A stretch of 64,000 bases of DNA, taken from assembly GCA_963740315.1 (NCBI GenBank), contig CAVUDP010000002.1, positions 2,272,001-2,336,000 on the forward strand, written 5' to 3'. Position 1 is the stretch's first letter; each line of letters begins with the position of its first letter. The notes beneath the pieces were generated by a model. It was not told the DNA's origin. It saw only the letters and a list, made by a program, of their open reading frames with translations, and did not search any database. Made by a program: the position numbers and the translations under genes. This DNA is from an uncultured cyanobacterium (GTDB lineage Bacteria > Cyanobacteriota > Cyanobacteriia > Cyanobacteriales > Nostocaceae). Positions 1 to 10,544 of the stretch are shown piece after piece.

Positions 1-1674
1 TCTCACAACTTCGGCTTTTTTATTAACAACGTGGTCGATAAAGCCGGGATCTTGATGGCTAAAGCCGTTGTGATCTTGCCGCCATACGTGAGATGTTAGT
101 AAATACGTTAGTGAAGCAACTGGTCTGCGCCAAGGAATTTCGCGGGTAGTTTTCAACCATTTGGCGTGCTGGTTGAACATTGAATCGATGATATGGATGA
201 AGGCTTCATAACAGGAAAATAATCCATGACGACCTGTAAGTAGGTATCCTTCCAACCATCCTTGACAAGTATTTTCGCTGAGGATTTCCATAACGCGACC
301 GTCTGCTGCTAAGTGGTCGTCGTATTCCAAGGTTTCTGCAACCCAAGTTCTATCTGTAACATCTAACACGTCAGCGAGTCGGTTACTTGCGGTTTCGTCT
401 GGCCCAAATAAACGGAAGTTGCGGCTATCTAAATTAAATTTCATCACATCCCGCAATAATTTACCCATAGTGCGGGTTGCTTCGGCAATAGTTTTTCCCG
501 GTTCGTTAACTTCTACGGCATAGTTACGAAAATCGGGCATTTTCAAGTCTCGCAGCAAAACACCGCCGTTAGCGTGGGGATTATCACCCATACGCCGATT
601 TCCTGTAGGTGCGAGTTCGGCTAATTCGGCGATTAATTTACCGTTTTGATCAAATAATTCTTCTGGCTGGTAACTCTTCATCCAGTCTTCCAGCATTTTT
701 ACGTGTGCTGGTTCCGCAGCCATATTTGATAGCGGTACCTGGTGCGATCGCCAATAATCTTCGGTCTTTTTCCCATCAACTTCTTTAGGTCCAGTCCAAC
801 CTTTGGGACTTCTAAGAACAATCATCGGCCATTGCGGACGCACTTTGAAACCATTTGCCCGCGCATCTTCCTGAATTTCGCGGATTTCATGCAAAACTGT
901 ATCCATCGTTGCAGCCATCAATTGATGCATGGCTTCTGGATCGGAACCCTCAACAAAATAAGGTTTATAACCGTAACCCTCAAACAGCTTTTGTAATTCC
1001 TCATGACTCACTCTTGCCAAAAGTGTAGGGTTGGCAATTTTATAGCCGTTGAGGTGCAAAATCGGCAGTACCGCACCGTCGCGTACTGGATTCAAAAACT
1101 TATTAGAATGCCAACTTGCCGCCAGCGAACCCGTTTCCGCTTCACCATCACCGACAACGCAAGCCACAATCAAATCGGGATTATCAAAAGCCGCACCAAA
1201 AGCGTGGGAAAGAGAATAACCGAGTTCTCCACCTTCATGGATGCTTCCTGGAGTTTCCGGCGCTACGTGACTGGGAATTCCACCGGGAAAAGAAAACTGT
1301 TTGAACAGCTTTTGCATCCCTTGAGCATCTTGAGAAATATTCGGATAATATTCGCTATAAGTTCCTTCAAGATAAGTATTAGCCACCAAACCTGGGCCAC
1401 CATGTCCGGGACCGGCAATATAAATCATACTTAAATCATCTCGCTTAATTACCCGGTTGAGATGAACGTAAATAAAATTTAAACCTGGAGTAGTTCCCCA
1501 ATGTCCTAAAAGTCTGGGTTTAACGTGTTCTAACTTCAGCGGTTCCTTAAGTAGAGGATTATTTAATAAATATATTTGTCCAACCGAAAGATAATTTGCT
1601 GCACTCCAATAAGCGTTAATCTTCCGTAATTCATCATCCTGCAATGGCTTATGTAGACGGCTTGCTAAAGTCAT
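1..1674 (-). CDS. xfp: Phosphoketolase (xylulose-5-P/fructose-6-P), 3' end runs off the window
   Basis: Manual minus-strand translation from ATG 1674: [36 protein letters not shown]...[21 protein letters not shown]...GPGHGGPG, typical XFP motifs. Missing from the ORF track because it is truncated. GGAG RBS upstream. Confidence 0.93.
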   Translation of the reverse strand, partial: MTLASRLHKPLQDDELRKINAYWSAANYLSVGQIYLLNNPLLKEPLKLEHVKPRLLGHWGTTPGLNFIYVHLNRVIKRDDLSMIYIAGPGHGGPGLVANTYLEGTYSEYYPNISQDAQGMQKLFKQFSFPGGIPSHVAPETPGSIHEGGELGYSLSHAFGAAFDNPDLIVACVVGDGEAETGSLAASWHSNKFLNPVRDGAVLPILHLNGYKIANPTLLARVSHEELQKLFEGYGYKPYFVEGSDPEAMHQLMAATMDTVLHEIREIQEDARANGFKVRPQWPMIVLRSPKGWTGPKEVDGKKTEDYWRSHQVPLSNMAAEPAHVKMLEDWMKSYQPEELFDQNGKLIAELAELAPTGNRRMGDNPHANGGVLLRDLKMPDFRNYAVEVNEPGKTIAEATRTMGKLLRDVMKFNLDSRNFRLFGPDETASNRLADVLDVTDRTWVAETLEYDDHLAADGRVMEILSENTCQGWLEGYLLTGRHGLFSCYEAFIHIIDSMFNQHAKWLKTTREIPWRRPVASLTYLLTSHVWRQDHNGFSHQDPGFIDHVVNKKAEVVR

Positions 1675-2228
1675 AGTCAACTCCTTAACGTCATTTTTTG
1701 TCGCATTTTAACAATTATATAAACGTAAATATTCTAATTTCTTTTATATCTAAATGAATATTTTTCGTATTATCGCTTTAATTTCCGATCGCGCTATAGC
1801 ACAACACAAGAGTTAGTTATTTAAAACAATTTAGAATTACGTCTGATTTTATAGAATAAAGGCGATTAAAAGCTATTAAATCGTTAAAACCTGAAATAAA
1901 TATCGGGCTTAACAATCTTTTTGGGAGTTTATCATAATATCTTTTTGATTATTCAAATTTAACCGCAATTTAACCAAAGCTTTGATTTAAAAACCAGGAT
2001 TCACTTATTAAAAAAAATCAATATTTTCATTTATTTTAATAAAAACTACTTCTTTAGATAGAAGATAATATTTTTTAAAAACTTAGTTACGTCAAGTTAA
2101 TAAAACTATTTAAATAGATAAGATAAAAAAATTAGATATATAGCAATCTTGTAGTGACAACTTAAGATATTAAGAAACCAGATTTTTTCACAAAACCGGG
2201 TTTCTGAATTCCGAGCAAATCGATAGAA

Positions 2229-2801
2229 TTAATTAATCTCCAACAAACCAATCGGCGGCGTAATTTCAATCCGACTAGCTTCTAAATCAACCACCGGAAC
2301 AATTTCTTTCACAAAAGGAATTAAAACAGTCTTGGGATTTTGGATTTTAGATTTTGGATTTTGGATTGTTTCCTTGTCTCCTTCCTCCAAGCGCACCTCT
2401 AATAAATCATTGCCAGCATTAATCAAATCAACTACGGTACCAATTAACTCACCATCATCCTGCATAAAAACAGGTAAACCCACCAAATCCATCAAATGAT
2501 ATTCATCTTCACCCAAAGATGGGCGATCGCTCTGGGGTACAAGTAACTTACAACCGCGTAATTCTTCAGCGCGATCGCGATAATTAACCCCAGCCAACTG
2601 AATCACATAGAGATTTTTACCCGACAAAAAACGACCTTTAACCAACTCTACCTCTTCCGGTTCCGTCGCATTCGGATGCAACAGCCAACGCTTACCCGGC
2701 ACCTCAAAACGTTCGGGAAAATCCGTTTGTGGATAAACCCGCATTTCACCCTTCATTCCTTGAGGCGAAACAATCTTACCAATTTCCAACCAATCATCCA
2801 T
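2229..2801 (-). CDS. rimM: 16S rRNA processing protein RimM
   Basis: [17 protein letters not shown]-terminal motif; [20 protein letters not shown] and [14 protein letters not shown]-barrel motifs. Confidence 0.95.
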   Translation of the reverse strand: MDDWLEIGKIVSPQGMKGEMRVYPQTDFPERFEVPGKRWLLHPNATEPEEVELVKGRFLSGKNLYVIQLAGVNYRDRAEELRGCKLLVPQSDRPSLGEDEYHLMDLVGLPVFMQDDGELIGTVVDLINAGNDLLEVRLEEGDKETIQNPKSKIQNPKTVLIPFVKEIVPVVDLEASRIEITPPIGLLEIN

Positions 2802-2856
2802 TATCAGTTACCAGTTATCAGTTATCAGTTAGCAGGGAGTAGGGGATTAAATTCGG

Positions 2857-3119
2857 TAGTGCGAGCATCTTGCTCGCTGGCTGTTTCAAGATCGCATCTT
2901 GCTCGCTAGTAGTCCATTTCATTAGTTTTGACAGGTTCTACGTGCCGGCATCGGTTCCCTAAATCCGGAGCGCTTTAGCGCTTACTACGAACCTTTATTA
3001 CCCTTCAAAACTAATGCGACACAGTACTAGGTGTTTGAAGATCGGATCTTAATCGCTAGCTGTTTGAAGATCGGATCTTAATCGCTGGCTGTTTCAAGCG
3101 AGCAAGATGCTCGCACTAC
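2857..3119. repeat. Inverted pair of GTAGTGCGAGCATCTTGCTCGC palindromic repeats enclosing a ~29-bp tandem unit and an inserted CTAG-bounded element
   Basis: Read directly from the sequence. Related palindromes at ~6156, 8046, 10481, 13060, 13581 and 53294. Confidence 0.8.
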
Positions 3120-3158
3120 TATGATTAGATAAATTATTTTTTGGAAGTCCTTTATAAA

Positions 3159-3390
3159 TAACTCCTAACTCCTAACTCCTAACTCCTAACTCCTAACTCC
3201 CCATCCCCCCATCTCCCCATCCCCCCATCTCCCCATCCCCCCATCCCCCCATCCCCCCATCCCCCCATCTCCCCATCTCCCCATCCCCCCATCTCCCCAT
3301 CCCCCCATCTCCCCATCCCCCCATCTCCCCATCTCCCCATCCCCCCATCTCCCCATCCCCCCATCCCCCCCATCTCCCCATCCCCCCATC
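3159..3390. repeat. STRR tract: (TAACTCC)n followed by ~24 CCCCATCY octamers
   Basis: Visible short tandem repeats immediately downstream of the avtA stop. Confidence 0.9.
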
Positions 3391-3393
3391 ATC

Positions 3394-4677
3394 TCATGCA
3401 CTCACGGCAGCACTGCGATAAACCTCTTGGGCTACTTTGGCGAAACGCTGCATTCCGGTTTTGATTTCTTCGTCGCTACCCGTGAGGCTGACGCGGAAAC
3501 ATTCATGTTTGTGTTGCCATTCTTCGCGCAAGCCGGGGAAGAAGGAGTTTCCAGGGACGACTATTACGCCTACTTTTTTGAGTTTTTGGTAAAAATCGTT
3601 GTCGCTGATGGGTAAATCTTTGAGCCATATCCAAGCAAAAATTGCTCCTTCACCGCGATGTAGAAACCAAGGTAAATTATCGGGCATTGCTGCTTCTAAA
3701 GTACTTTCTAAAACGGCGAATTTATTTTTATAAAAAGGACGAATTACGGTTTCGCTGATTCGTGCTAACTCCCCCGAATCGATCGCACGAGCGGCTATGG
3801 CTTGCCCGTATCGCGATGAATGCAAGCTGGCGTTTGCTTGAAAACACTCCAATGCTTCAATTAATTTTTCATCCCCGATCGCAATCCCAACTCTTTCTCC
3901 GGGTAATCCTGCTTTTGATAAACTCATGCAGTGCAGAATGTTTTCACCAAATGCTGGTGTCATTTCGGTATAATTTAAAGCTGGAAAAGGTGGAGCGTAT
4001 GCCGAATCAATTAAGACTGGTACATTAGATTTTGCGGCAAGTGTGGCGATTTTCTTAACTTCTTCGTCGGTAACAACATTACCTGTAGGATTACAGGGAC
4101 GAGAGAATAAAACGCAACCAGTCTTTTCTGTAATCGATAACTGGCTGAAGTCGGGACGATATTTAAATCTATGGGCAGATTTGTCAATATCTAAAGTCGG
4201 TTTGTAAGCAAATAACGCTTCGGGAACCAAACTAACGCCACCGTAACCTGTATAATCGGGACTTAAAGGAAAAACAATTTGTTTTAGTTCATCGTTGGTG
4301 TTATAACCGCCAAAGACATTCGCAGCGTAGAAATAAAGCGTTTGACTGCCGGGAGTAATTAAAATATTGCGTTCGGTAAGATTTAAACCGTAGCGTTTGT
4401 TAAAGTCTTTCGCAACAGCTTCGATTAACGGCGTATAACCCTTAGAGTAGCCATAACGGCAAACAACTTCACCATATTCCTGACTCGCTAAAAGTTCCGC
4501 AGTACAATCGCGCCATAGTTGTTCGACTTCAGGCAAAATTAACGGATTACCCGCACTCAAATTCATCAACTCCTGCCCATTACCTGCGCGTAAAGTTTCA
4601 TTGATATCCTTCATAATCGCTCTTACGCCAGTAAGTTTAGACATTTGAGCGCCGAATTTAGTTAGGGCAGGTTTCAT
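3394..4677 (-). CDS. avtA: Valine--pyruvate transaminase (PLP-dependent, class I)
   Basis: NLSAGNP, SRPCNPTG, IDSAY and SLSKAGLPGERVG (PLP lysine) motifs. Confidence 0.9.
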   Translation of the reverse strand: MKPALTKFGAQMSKLTGVRAIMKDINETLRAGNGQELMNLSAGNPLILPEVEQLWRDCTAELLASQEYGEVVCRYGYSKGYTPLIEAVAKDFNKRYGLNLTERNILITPGSQTLYFYAANVFGGYNTNDELKQIVFPLSPDYTGYGGVSLVPEALFAYKPTLDIDKSAHRFKYRPDFSQLSITEKTGCVLFSRPCNPTGNVVTDEEVKKIATLAAKSNVPVLIDSAYAPPFPALNYTEMTPAFGENILHCMSLSKAGLPGERVGIAIGDEKLIEALECFQANASLHSSRYGQAIAARAIDSGELARISETVIRPFYKNKFAVLESTLEAAMPDNLPWFLHRGEGAIFAWIWLKDLPISDNDFYQKLKKVGVIVVPGNSFFPGLREEWQHKHECFRVSLTGSDEEIKTGMQRFAKVAQEVYRSAAVSA

Positions 4678-4941
4678 AAGCAATCAACAACAAATATAGA
4701 TATTTTAACTATAATATTCGATGGGGATTGGGGATTGGGGAATAGGTTAAAGGTCTGCATGTTAAAGGTGAGGAGTTAGGATCGCCGGAGTTAAAAATTA
4801 ATATTTCTCCTTGTCTCCCCATCTCCCCATCTCCCCATCTCCCCATCTCCCCATCTCCCCATCTCCTTGTCTCCCCATCTCCCCATCCCTCCACCGCTAT
4901 ACACTCAAGAAAGAAGATTGAACGAAACAAGAGGGTGAACA

Positions 4942-6054
4942 GTGAAAGTTAAAGCAGCAGTGGCTTATGAAGCGGGTAAGCCGTTAAGTATTGAAACGGT
5001 TAATTTAGAGGGACCAAAAGCTGGTGAAGTATTAATAGAAATTAAAGCTAGCGGCATCTGTCATACCGATGCTTACACGGTTTCTGGGAAAGATCCAGAA
5101 GGTTTATTCCCGGCTATTTTGGGACATGAGGGTGCTGGAGTTGTTGTGGATGTAGGAAAAGATGTCACCAGCGTTAAAAAAGGTGATCGCGTTATTCCTC
5201 TTTACACTCCCGAATGTCGTCAGTGTGAATATTGTTTGAGCTTAAAAACTAACCTTTGTCAAGCAATTCGCAGCACTCAAGGTAAAGGCTTGATGCCCGA
5301 CGGTACCAGTCGTTTTTCCATTGGCGATAAAAAGCTTTATCACTACATGGGTACGTCAACTTTTGCTAACTATACGGTGCTGCCGGAAATTGCGATCGCA
5401 AAAATTCGCGAAGATGCGCCTTTTGAAAAGGTTTGTTACATCGGTTGCGGCGTTACTACGGGTATAGGTGCGGTTATTTACACCGCAAAAGTAGAACCCG
5501 GTTCAAAAGTTATAGTTTTCGGTTTGGGTGGTATCGGCTTAAATGTGATTCAAGGCGCGAAAATGGTAGGTGCCGATACGATTATCGGTGTAGATATTAA
5601 TCCCCAAAAACGTGAATTAGCAGAAAAATTCGGCATGACACACTTTGTTAATCCTAAAGAAGTAGAAGGAGATTTAGTTCCTTACTTAGTAGATTTAACC
5701 AAAGGTGGAGCCGACTATACATTTGAATGCATTGGTAACGTAAAAGTGATGCGTCAAGCATTAGAATGCTGTCATAAAGGTTGGGGACAAAGTATTATAA
5801 TTGGCGTTGCAGGTGCCGGAGAAGAAATAAGCACCCGTCCATTTCAACTTGTTACCGGAAGAGTTTGGAAAGGTTCGGCATTTGGTGGAGCCAGGGGACG
5901 TACCGACGTACCAAAAATCGTTGATTGGTACATGGAAGGAAAGATAAACATCGATGATTTAATTACTCATGTAATGCCAATAGAAAAGATTAACGAAGGA
6001 TTTGAATTAATGCATAAAGGAGAATCAATTCGTAGCGTAGTTACATTTGATTGA
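4942..6054 (+). CDS. frmA: S-(hydroxymethyl)glutathione dehydrogenase / class III alcohol dehydrogenase
   Basis: [14 protein letters not shown], structural Zn cysteines CRQCEYC...[20 protein letters not shown]. Confidence 0.95.
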   Translation: MKVKAAVAYEAGKPLSIETVNLEGPKAGEVLIEIKASGICHTDAYTVSGKDPEGLFPAILGHEGAGVVVDVGKDVTSVKKGDRVIPLYTPECRQCEYCLSLKTNLCQAIRSTQGKGLMPDGTSRFSIGDKKLYHYMGTSTFANYTVLPEIAIAKIREDAPFEKVCYIGCGVTTGIGAVIYTAKVEPGSKVIVFGLGGIGLNVIQGAKMVGADTIIGVDINPQKRELAEKFGMTHFVNPKEVEGDLVPYLVDLTKGGADYTFECIGNVKVMRQALECCHKGWGQSIIIGVAGAGEEISTRPFQLVTGRVWKGSAFGGARGRTDVPKIVDWYMEGKINIDDLITHVMPIEKINEGFELMHKGESIRSVVTFD

Positions 6055-6060
6055 TAATGT

Positions 6061-6087
6061 TGTAGAGACGTAGCACTGCTACGTCTC
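6061..6087. repeat. GTAGAGACG-family palindromic (REP-like) repeat
   Basis: TGTAGAGACGTAGCACTGCTACGTCTC. Other copies at 9571, 37265, 40097 and 58343. Confidence 0.8.
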
Positions 6088-6245
6088 CAATATCTAGGTT
6101 ATCAAACGAGTTCCTTGAATATTGCCTATAGTGGTGAACAATATAGCGATCGATAGCGAGCAAGATGCTCGCACTACAAATCATTTTGAAAAATTGGATG
6201 TTTCCAACATAGACTACAAACATTCTATAAAACTGAGTTTTATTT

Positions 6246-6761
6246 ATGATGTCAAATTTTTTCTTTGATTTTATGCCTTTAAATAACCCTACGTTGATGG
6301 GTGTGTATATAGTTCTTTTTACTGTTATAAGTAGTGCAATTATTAATTTATCTACAGCTATGATTAATAATCGGTTTCAAGAACAAAGGGAGAAAATTAG
6401 CCAAATTCAAGACATTTATGCTGGTTGTATTAAAAACCTTACAACAGTATCAACTCTTTCGGGTGCTACTGAAGATAATTTAGATAATATAGAACAATCT
6501 TTAATTGAAGCAAAAAAATATTTGAGTCTTTTGCTAATACGTACTAAAAAAAGGAGTTATATATCTAGCATTGAGAAAGAAGCATATTTATTTGCAACAG
6601 GAAACTATGAAAAGCTTTTAGAGATAGCCAGTCAAAATGAATTTAAATCTTCAAAATATAATTATCTATTAAATGAACCTCAAAAACAAGTTTTAAGTGC
6701 AGCAGATATAATGCTTCAGATAATGATTAAAAATGCAAAGGATAAGAGATTGTTATTATAA
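6246..6761 (+). CDS. Hypothetical protein with an N-terminal transmembrane helix
   Basis: 171-aa AT-rich ORF with hydrophobic segment LMGVYIVLFTVISSAIINLSTAMI. Confidence 0.65.
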   Translation: MMSNFFFDFMPLNNPTLMGVYIVLFTVISSAIINLSTAMINNRFQEQREKISQIQDIYAGCIKNLTTVSTLSGATEDNLDNIEQSLIEAKKYLSLLLIRTKKRSYISSIEKEAYLFATGNYEKLLEIASQNEFKSSKYNYLLNEPQKQVLSAADIMLQIMIKNAKDKRLLL

Positions 6762-6820
6762 TTTTATCTCGTTATTTCCTTCCTAATCTCATATAAAAAA
6801 TATATTCCATAATGCTCTCC

Positions 6821-7441
6821 TTATCTAACAATCAATTCACCAACCCGCTTCAACACAGTCAAAACTTGCTGAAATTCATCATCCTTCTCAATCGACAACG
6901 CATAAGAACGAGCATATTTTATTTCTTCCCGCACCAATTTAACAAAAACAAATTCCCTACCATTCACAAGTAAACCAAAAGTAGGTTTTTCTTGATCGCG
7001 AGAATTCGACATATAAGCTAATGCTTGAGGTAGCGCGATCGTTACATCAAATTTAGTACTCTTAGACTCAATAACAAGTATCCAAAAGTTTTTTTGCACC
7101 ACCAAAACATCAATATTACCTTTCAGCTTAACTCCCTCTTCTTCCGCTACAATTTCTACAGAAGTTTCAGTTTCAATTTCAAAAGGTGGTTGATAGAAAC
7201 CAGCCAGATCCAGTAAAGGAGACAGCACCACCATTTTTACTGCTTCCTCTGATATTAAACGTCTTCTAGTTAAATTAAAGTAATTACTTTGAACTCGTTT
7301 TAAAGATTGCTTTTCTATATCTGTTAGCGAAGGTAAATTATCAGTCCATTCAGTGAAAAAATCTTTATCTGTAGATTGTAAACCAAACTTTTCTTCTAAC
7401 TCGTAAATACTTATATCTTTAGCTTGAATTATTTGCACCAT
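6821..7441 (-). CDS. PD-(D/E)XK-fold protein of the cyanobacterial 'type I restriction subunit R N-terminal-like' family
   Basis: EEAVKMVVLSPLLDLAGFY, GNIDVLVV...LVIESK, QALAYM, GLLVNGREFVFVKL. Confidence 0.8.
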   Translation of the reverse strand: MVQIIQAKDISIYELEEKFGLQSTDKDFFTEWTDNLPSLTDIEKQSLKRVQSNYFNLTRRRLISEEAVKMVVLSPLLDLAGFYQPPFEIETETSVEIVAEEEGVKLKGNIDVLVVQKNFWILVIESKSTKFDVTIALPQALAYMSNSRDQEKPTFGLLVNGREFVFVKLVREEIKYARSYALSIEKDDEFQQVLTVLKRVGELIVR

Positions 7442-7482
7442 AGTTATAATAAGTTTAGTTATATTTCAAAAGCCTTAATTAA

Positions 7483-8043
7483 ATGTTATCTCAATTCCCC
7501 GAACTAGAAACAGAAAATTTACTATTAAGACAAGTAAACCAATCTGACGCAAAAGCTATTTTTCAGCATTTCTCGGACAAAGAAGTTTTGAAATATCACG
7601 ATTTAGAAGCCTTAACAAATATCGAACAAGCAAAAGAATTAATTAACAGCTTTTACGAAAGGTTTCATAATCAACAAATGATTCGCTGGGGAATTGCGAA
7701 AAAAGAAGACAATATTATAATTGGTACTTGCGGTTATAATTGGTTACAGAAAAGCTTTCAGGCAGAAATTGGATACGAACTTTCTCAAGCTTATTGGCGA
7801 AAGGGAATTATGACAGAAGCATTAACTGCTGCGATCAAATTTGGATTTGAAAAGATGGAATTAAACCGAATTGCAGCAACTGCAATGTTGGAAAATACTG
7901 CTTCTATGAAACTTTTAGAAAAATTAGGCTTTGCTCCTGAAGGTATTTTAAGAGAATATGGCTTTTGGAAAGGTGAATTTCACGATTTAAAGATGTTCGC
8001 TTTATTGAAGAAAGAAGCATCACAATATATAGAAAAAAAATAA
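7483..8043 (+). CDS. GNAT family N-acetyltransferase (RimJ/RimL-like)
   Basis: AEIGYELSQAYWRKGIMTEAL, ENTASMKLLEKLGF.EG.LRE. Confidence 0.9.
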   Translation: MLSQFPELETENLLLRQVNQSDAKAIFQHFSDKEVLKYHDLEALTNIEQAKELINSFYERFHNQQMIRWGIAKKEDNIIIGTCGYNWLQKSFQAEIGYELSQAYWRKGIMTEALTAAIKFGFEKMELNRIAATAMLENTASMKLLEKLGFAPEGILREYGFWKGEFHDLKMFALLKKEASQYIEKK

Positions 8044-8219
8044 CTGTAGTGCGAGCATCTTGCTCGCTATTTATCTTAAAACATCTTGCTCGCTATTCTT
8101 AAAACATCTTGGCGTGTGCCATCAAAGATATCTTGCTCGCTATTTATCTTAAAACTGACAACTTTCTTTAAAATTACAACGTTATTTTAAAATTGCATAA
8201 TTATCATAATCTTGTAATT

Positions 8220-8283
8220 GGTGCGTGACGCTATAAACATGGTAGATTCCTTACAAAGTTTGTCGAAGCGTCACACACCCTAC
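8220..8283. repeat. GTAGGGTG-type hairpin repeat with a ~35-nt loop
   Basis: Arms GGTGCGTGACGC...GCGTCACACACCCTAC. Related copy at 61342-61412. Confidence 0.6.
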
Positions 8284-8420
8284 AATTAATATTCTTGTGG
8301 GATGGACATCCTTGCCCATCTTTCCCATAAAGTTAAGATTTGTTAAATATCTCCAGGTTTTATAATTCATACAGAAGAATGTGTGCTTTAACATTCATAA
8401 CTAACTAACTTGTATAAACT

Positions 8421-9536
8421 ATGAACTGGTGGCAAAGACTTAAGAAAAATCCTTTAGCACGATTTGGGGCAATTTTACTGATAATTTTCTATATAACGGT
8501 AATTTTCGCGGATTTTGTTGCACCTTACGATCCATATTATTCCCAACCAAATGGTTCCTTACTGCCACCAACTCGCGTATATTTAAATACTAAAGAAGGA
8601 AAGTTTATCGGTCCTCATATTTATCCGACGACTCAAGGTGATACGGAATTAGAAACAGGCGATCGCGAAATTATTGTTGATTACAGTAAACCTTCTCCTC
8701 TACGTTTATTTGTCCAAGGTTCCGAATATAATCTGTTTAAATTAAGTTTGCCGCTACCGCCAAAGTGGAATGAAGTAACGATATTTCCCGGTATTCCTTT
8801 AAATTTCCATTTATTCGGTGCTGCTGGTGAAGCAAGATACAATCTTTTAGGTACCGACGATCAAGCACGCGATGAATTCACCCGTTTGGTTTATGGTGGT
8901 CGTATCAGTTTATTTATCGGAATTTTGGGTGTTGCGATTTCTTTCCCATTAGGTATGTTAGTTGGCGGAATTTCCGGTTATTTCAGTGGATGGACTGACT
9001 CAATCATCATGCGTGTGGTGGAAGTACTGATGACTTTCCCCAGTATCTATCTTTTGGTCACATTAGGCGCAGTCTTACCACCGGGATTAAGCAGTACTCA
9101 GCGCTTCTTACTGATTGTTTTAATTACTTCCTTGATTGGCTGGGCTGGTTTAGCGCGGGTTATTCGCGGACAAGTGCTGTCAATTAAAGAACGAGAATTT
9201 GTCCAAGCAGCAAGAGCGATGGGTGCTAAACCTTTATATATCATTACCCGCCACGTTTTACCTCAAACTGCAAGCTATCTTGTGATCTCCGCAACCCTTT
9301 CTATACCTAGCTTCATCGGTGCGGAAGCGATCCTAAGTTTGATCGGTTTGGGGATTCAGCAACCAGATCCTTCTTGGGGTAATATGCTATCGTTAGCAAC
9401 CAACGCTTCTATTTTGGTACTGCAACCGTGGTTAATTTGGCCCCCCGCAGTAGTAATTATTTTGACAGTATTGGCGTTTAATTTGCTTGGTGATGGATTA
9501 AGAGATGCATTAGATCCAAAAAGTTTAGGAAGATAA
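8421..9536 (+). CDS. dppC: Peptide ABC transporter permease (DppC/OppC family)
   Basis: LLGTDDQARDEFTRLVYGGRISL, EAA-like loop EFVQAARAMGA, LAFNLLGDGLRDALDP. Confidence 0.9.
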   Translation: MNWWQRLKKNPLARFGAILLIIFYITVIFADFVAPYDPYYSQPNGSLLPPTRVYLNTKEGKFIGPHIYPTTQGDTELETGDREIIVDYSKPSPLRLFVQGSEYNLFKLSLPLPPKWNEVTIFPGIPLNFHLFGAAGEARYNLLGTDDQARDEFTRLVYGGRISLFIGILGVAISFPLGMLVGGISGYFSGWTDSIIMRVVEVLMTFPSIYLLVTLGAVLPPGLSSTQRFLLIVLITSLIGWAGLARVIRGQVLSIKEREFVQAARAMGAKPLYIITRHVLPQTASYLVISATLSIPSFIGAEAILSLIGLGIQQPDPSWGNMLSLATNASILVLQPWLIWPPAVVIILTVLAFNLLGDGLRDALDPKSLGR

Positions 9537-9691
9537 GTAATCGGTAATTGGTAATTGGTATAAATATTTTTGTAGAGACGTAGCATTGCTACGTCTTATT
9601 GATTCTAGGTTGAAAACAGAATTTGCCAAAAACTTTATGGAATTATCGATACGAATCAAAATTACGGAAGTGAAAGGAATAAATTCCGGCT

Positions 9692-10414
9692 CTACGAACC
9701 ATAATTCCAATATTTAAACTGCAAATCTCTATTGTTAATTGCGATCGCAGCAGCACAACTAGAAAAAGGTTGTATTTCTAACAAACTCCATTCACCAAGA
9801 ATATTGGGAATATTTAACTGTGCAGGTTGTTCGGGAGTTAAAGAAATTTCGACTTTGTGTAAATCTTTTAATCCCGTTCCCGTTGCTTTCAAATAAGCTT
9901 CTTTACATGTCCAGTAACGAAAGAATAGCTGTTGCTGTTGCTCTTGAGCAGCCGATTCGATCGCAGCGAATTCACTGGGAGCAAAAAACCTTTGAGCCAG
10001 GGAAACCACATCGGTAGTTGAGTTGATGCATTCTAGATCGACACCGATAGAATTATTTAAACTCACCGCATACAACGCAAAATCTTGGGAGTGAGACAAA
10101 TTAAAGCATATATTATTGTTACAGCTTTCATCTAAAAACGGTTTACCGCGAGGTTCGTAACCAAACTTGATTTTAGACGGTTCGATATTTAAATAGCGAC
10201 CTAATATATTTCTGAGAATACCCCGTGCGGCAATAAAACGCTGCCGATGTTGCTCAAAATGAAATCTTCTTGCTCTAATTAACTCATCTTCTGAAAGAGT
10301 TTGCGTAAAGAATTCCAACGATGGTTTTACATTGTCGAGATTTTCTCGCCAAACATGAACTTCGTTAGGTAATAATTTAAGATCGGTAATATCAGTCGGC
10401 GCTTTTAACCACAT
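9692..10414 (-). CDS. hetI: Sfp-type 4'-phosphopantetheinyl transferase (HetI-like)
   Basis: GKP, FNLSHS, IGVDLE and WTCKEAYLKATGTGL motifs. Confidence 0.85.
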   Translation of the reverse strand: MWLKAPTDITDLKLLPNEVHVWRENLDNVKPSLEFFTQTLSEDELIRARRFHFEQHRQRFIAARGILRNILGRYLNIEPSKIKFGYEPRGKPFLDESCNNNICFNLSHSQDFALYAVSLNNSIGVDLECINSTTDVVSLAQRFFAPSEFAAIESAAQEQQQQLFFRYWTCKEAYLKATGTGLKDLHKVEISLTPEQPAQLNIPNILGEWSLLEIQPFSSCAAAIAINNRDLQFKYWNYGS

Positions 10415-10544
10415 TTTACAGTGAACAGTTATCAGTTATCAGTTATCAGTTATCAGTTAAGAAAAGTTATCAAATCCTTTGTAGTGGGAGCATCTTGCTC
10501 CCTATCTCCCCCGAACCCCATCTCCTAACTCCCCCCCATCCCCC

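Noticed and set aside
742..1434. Plus-strand ORFs 742-996, 1003-1434 and 1116-1304
   Set aside because: Antisense shadows of the phosphoketolase gene
3179..3401. Gly/Trp-rich ORFs (MGRWGDG repeats); similar ones at 4709-4930, 43120-43447, 45115-45427 and 53001-53343
   Set aside because: Translations of STRR octamer tracts that are open in several frames
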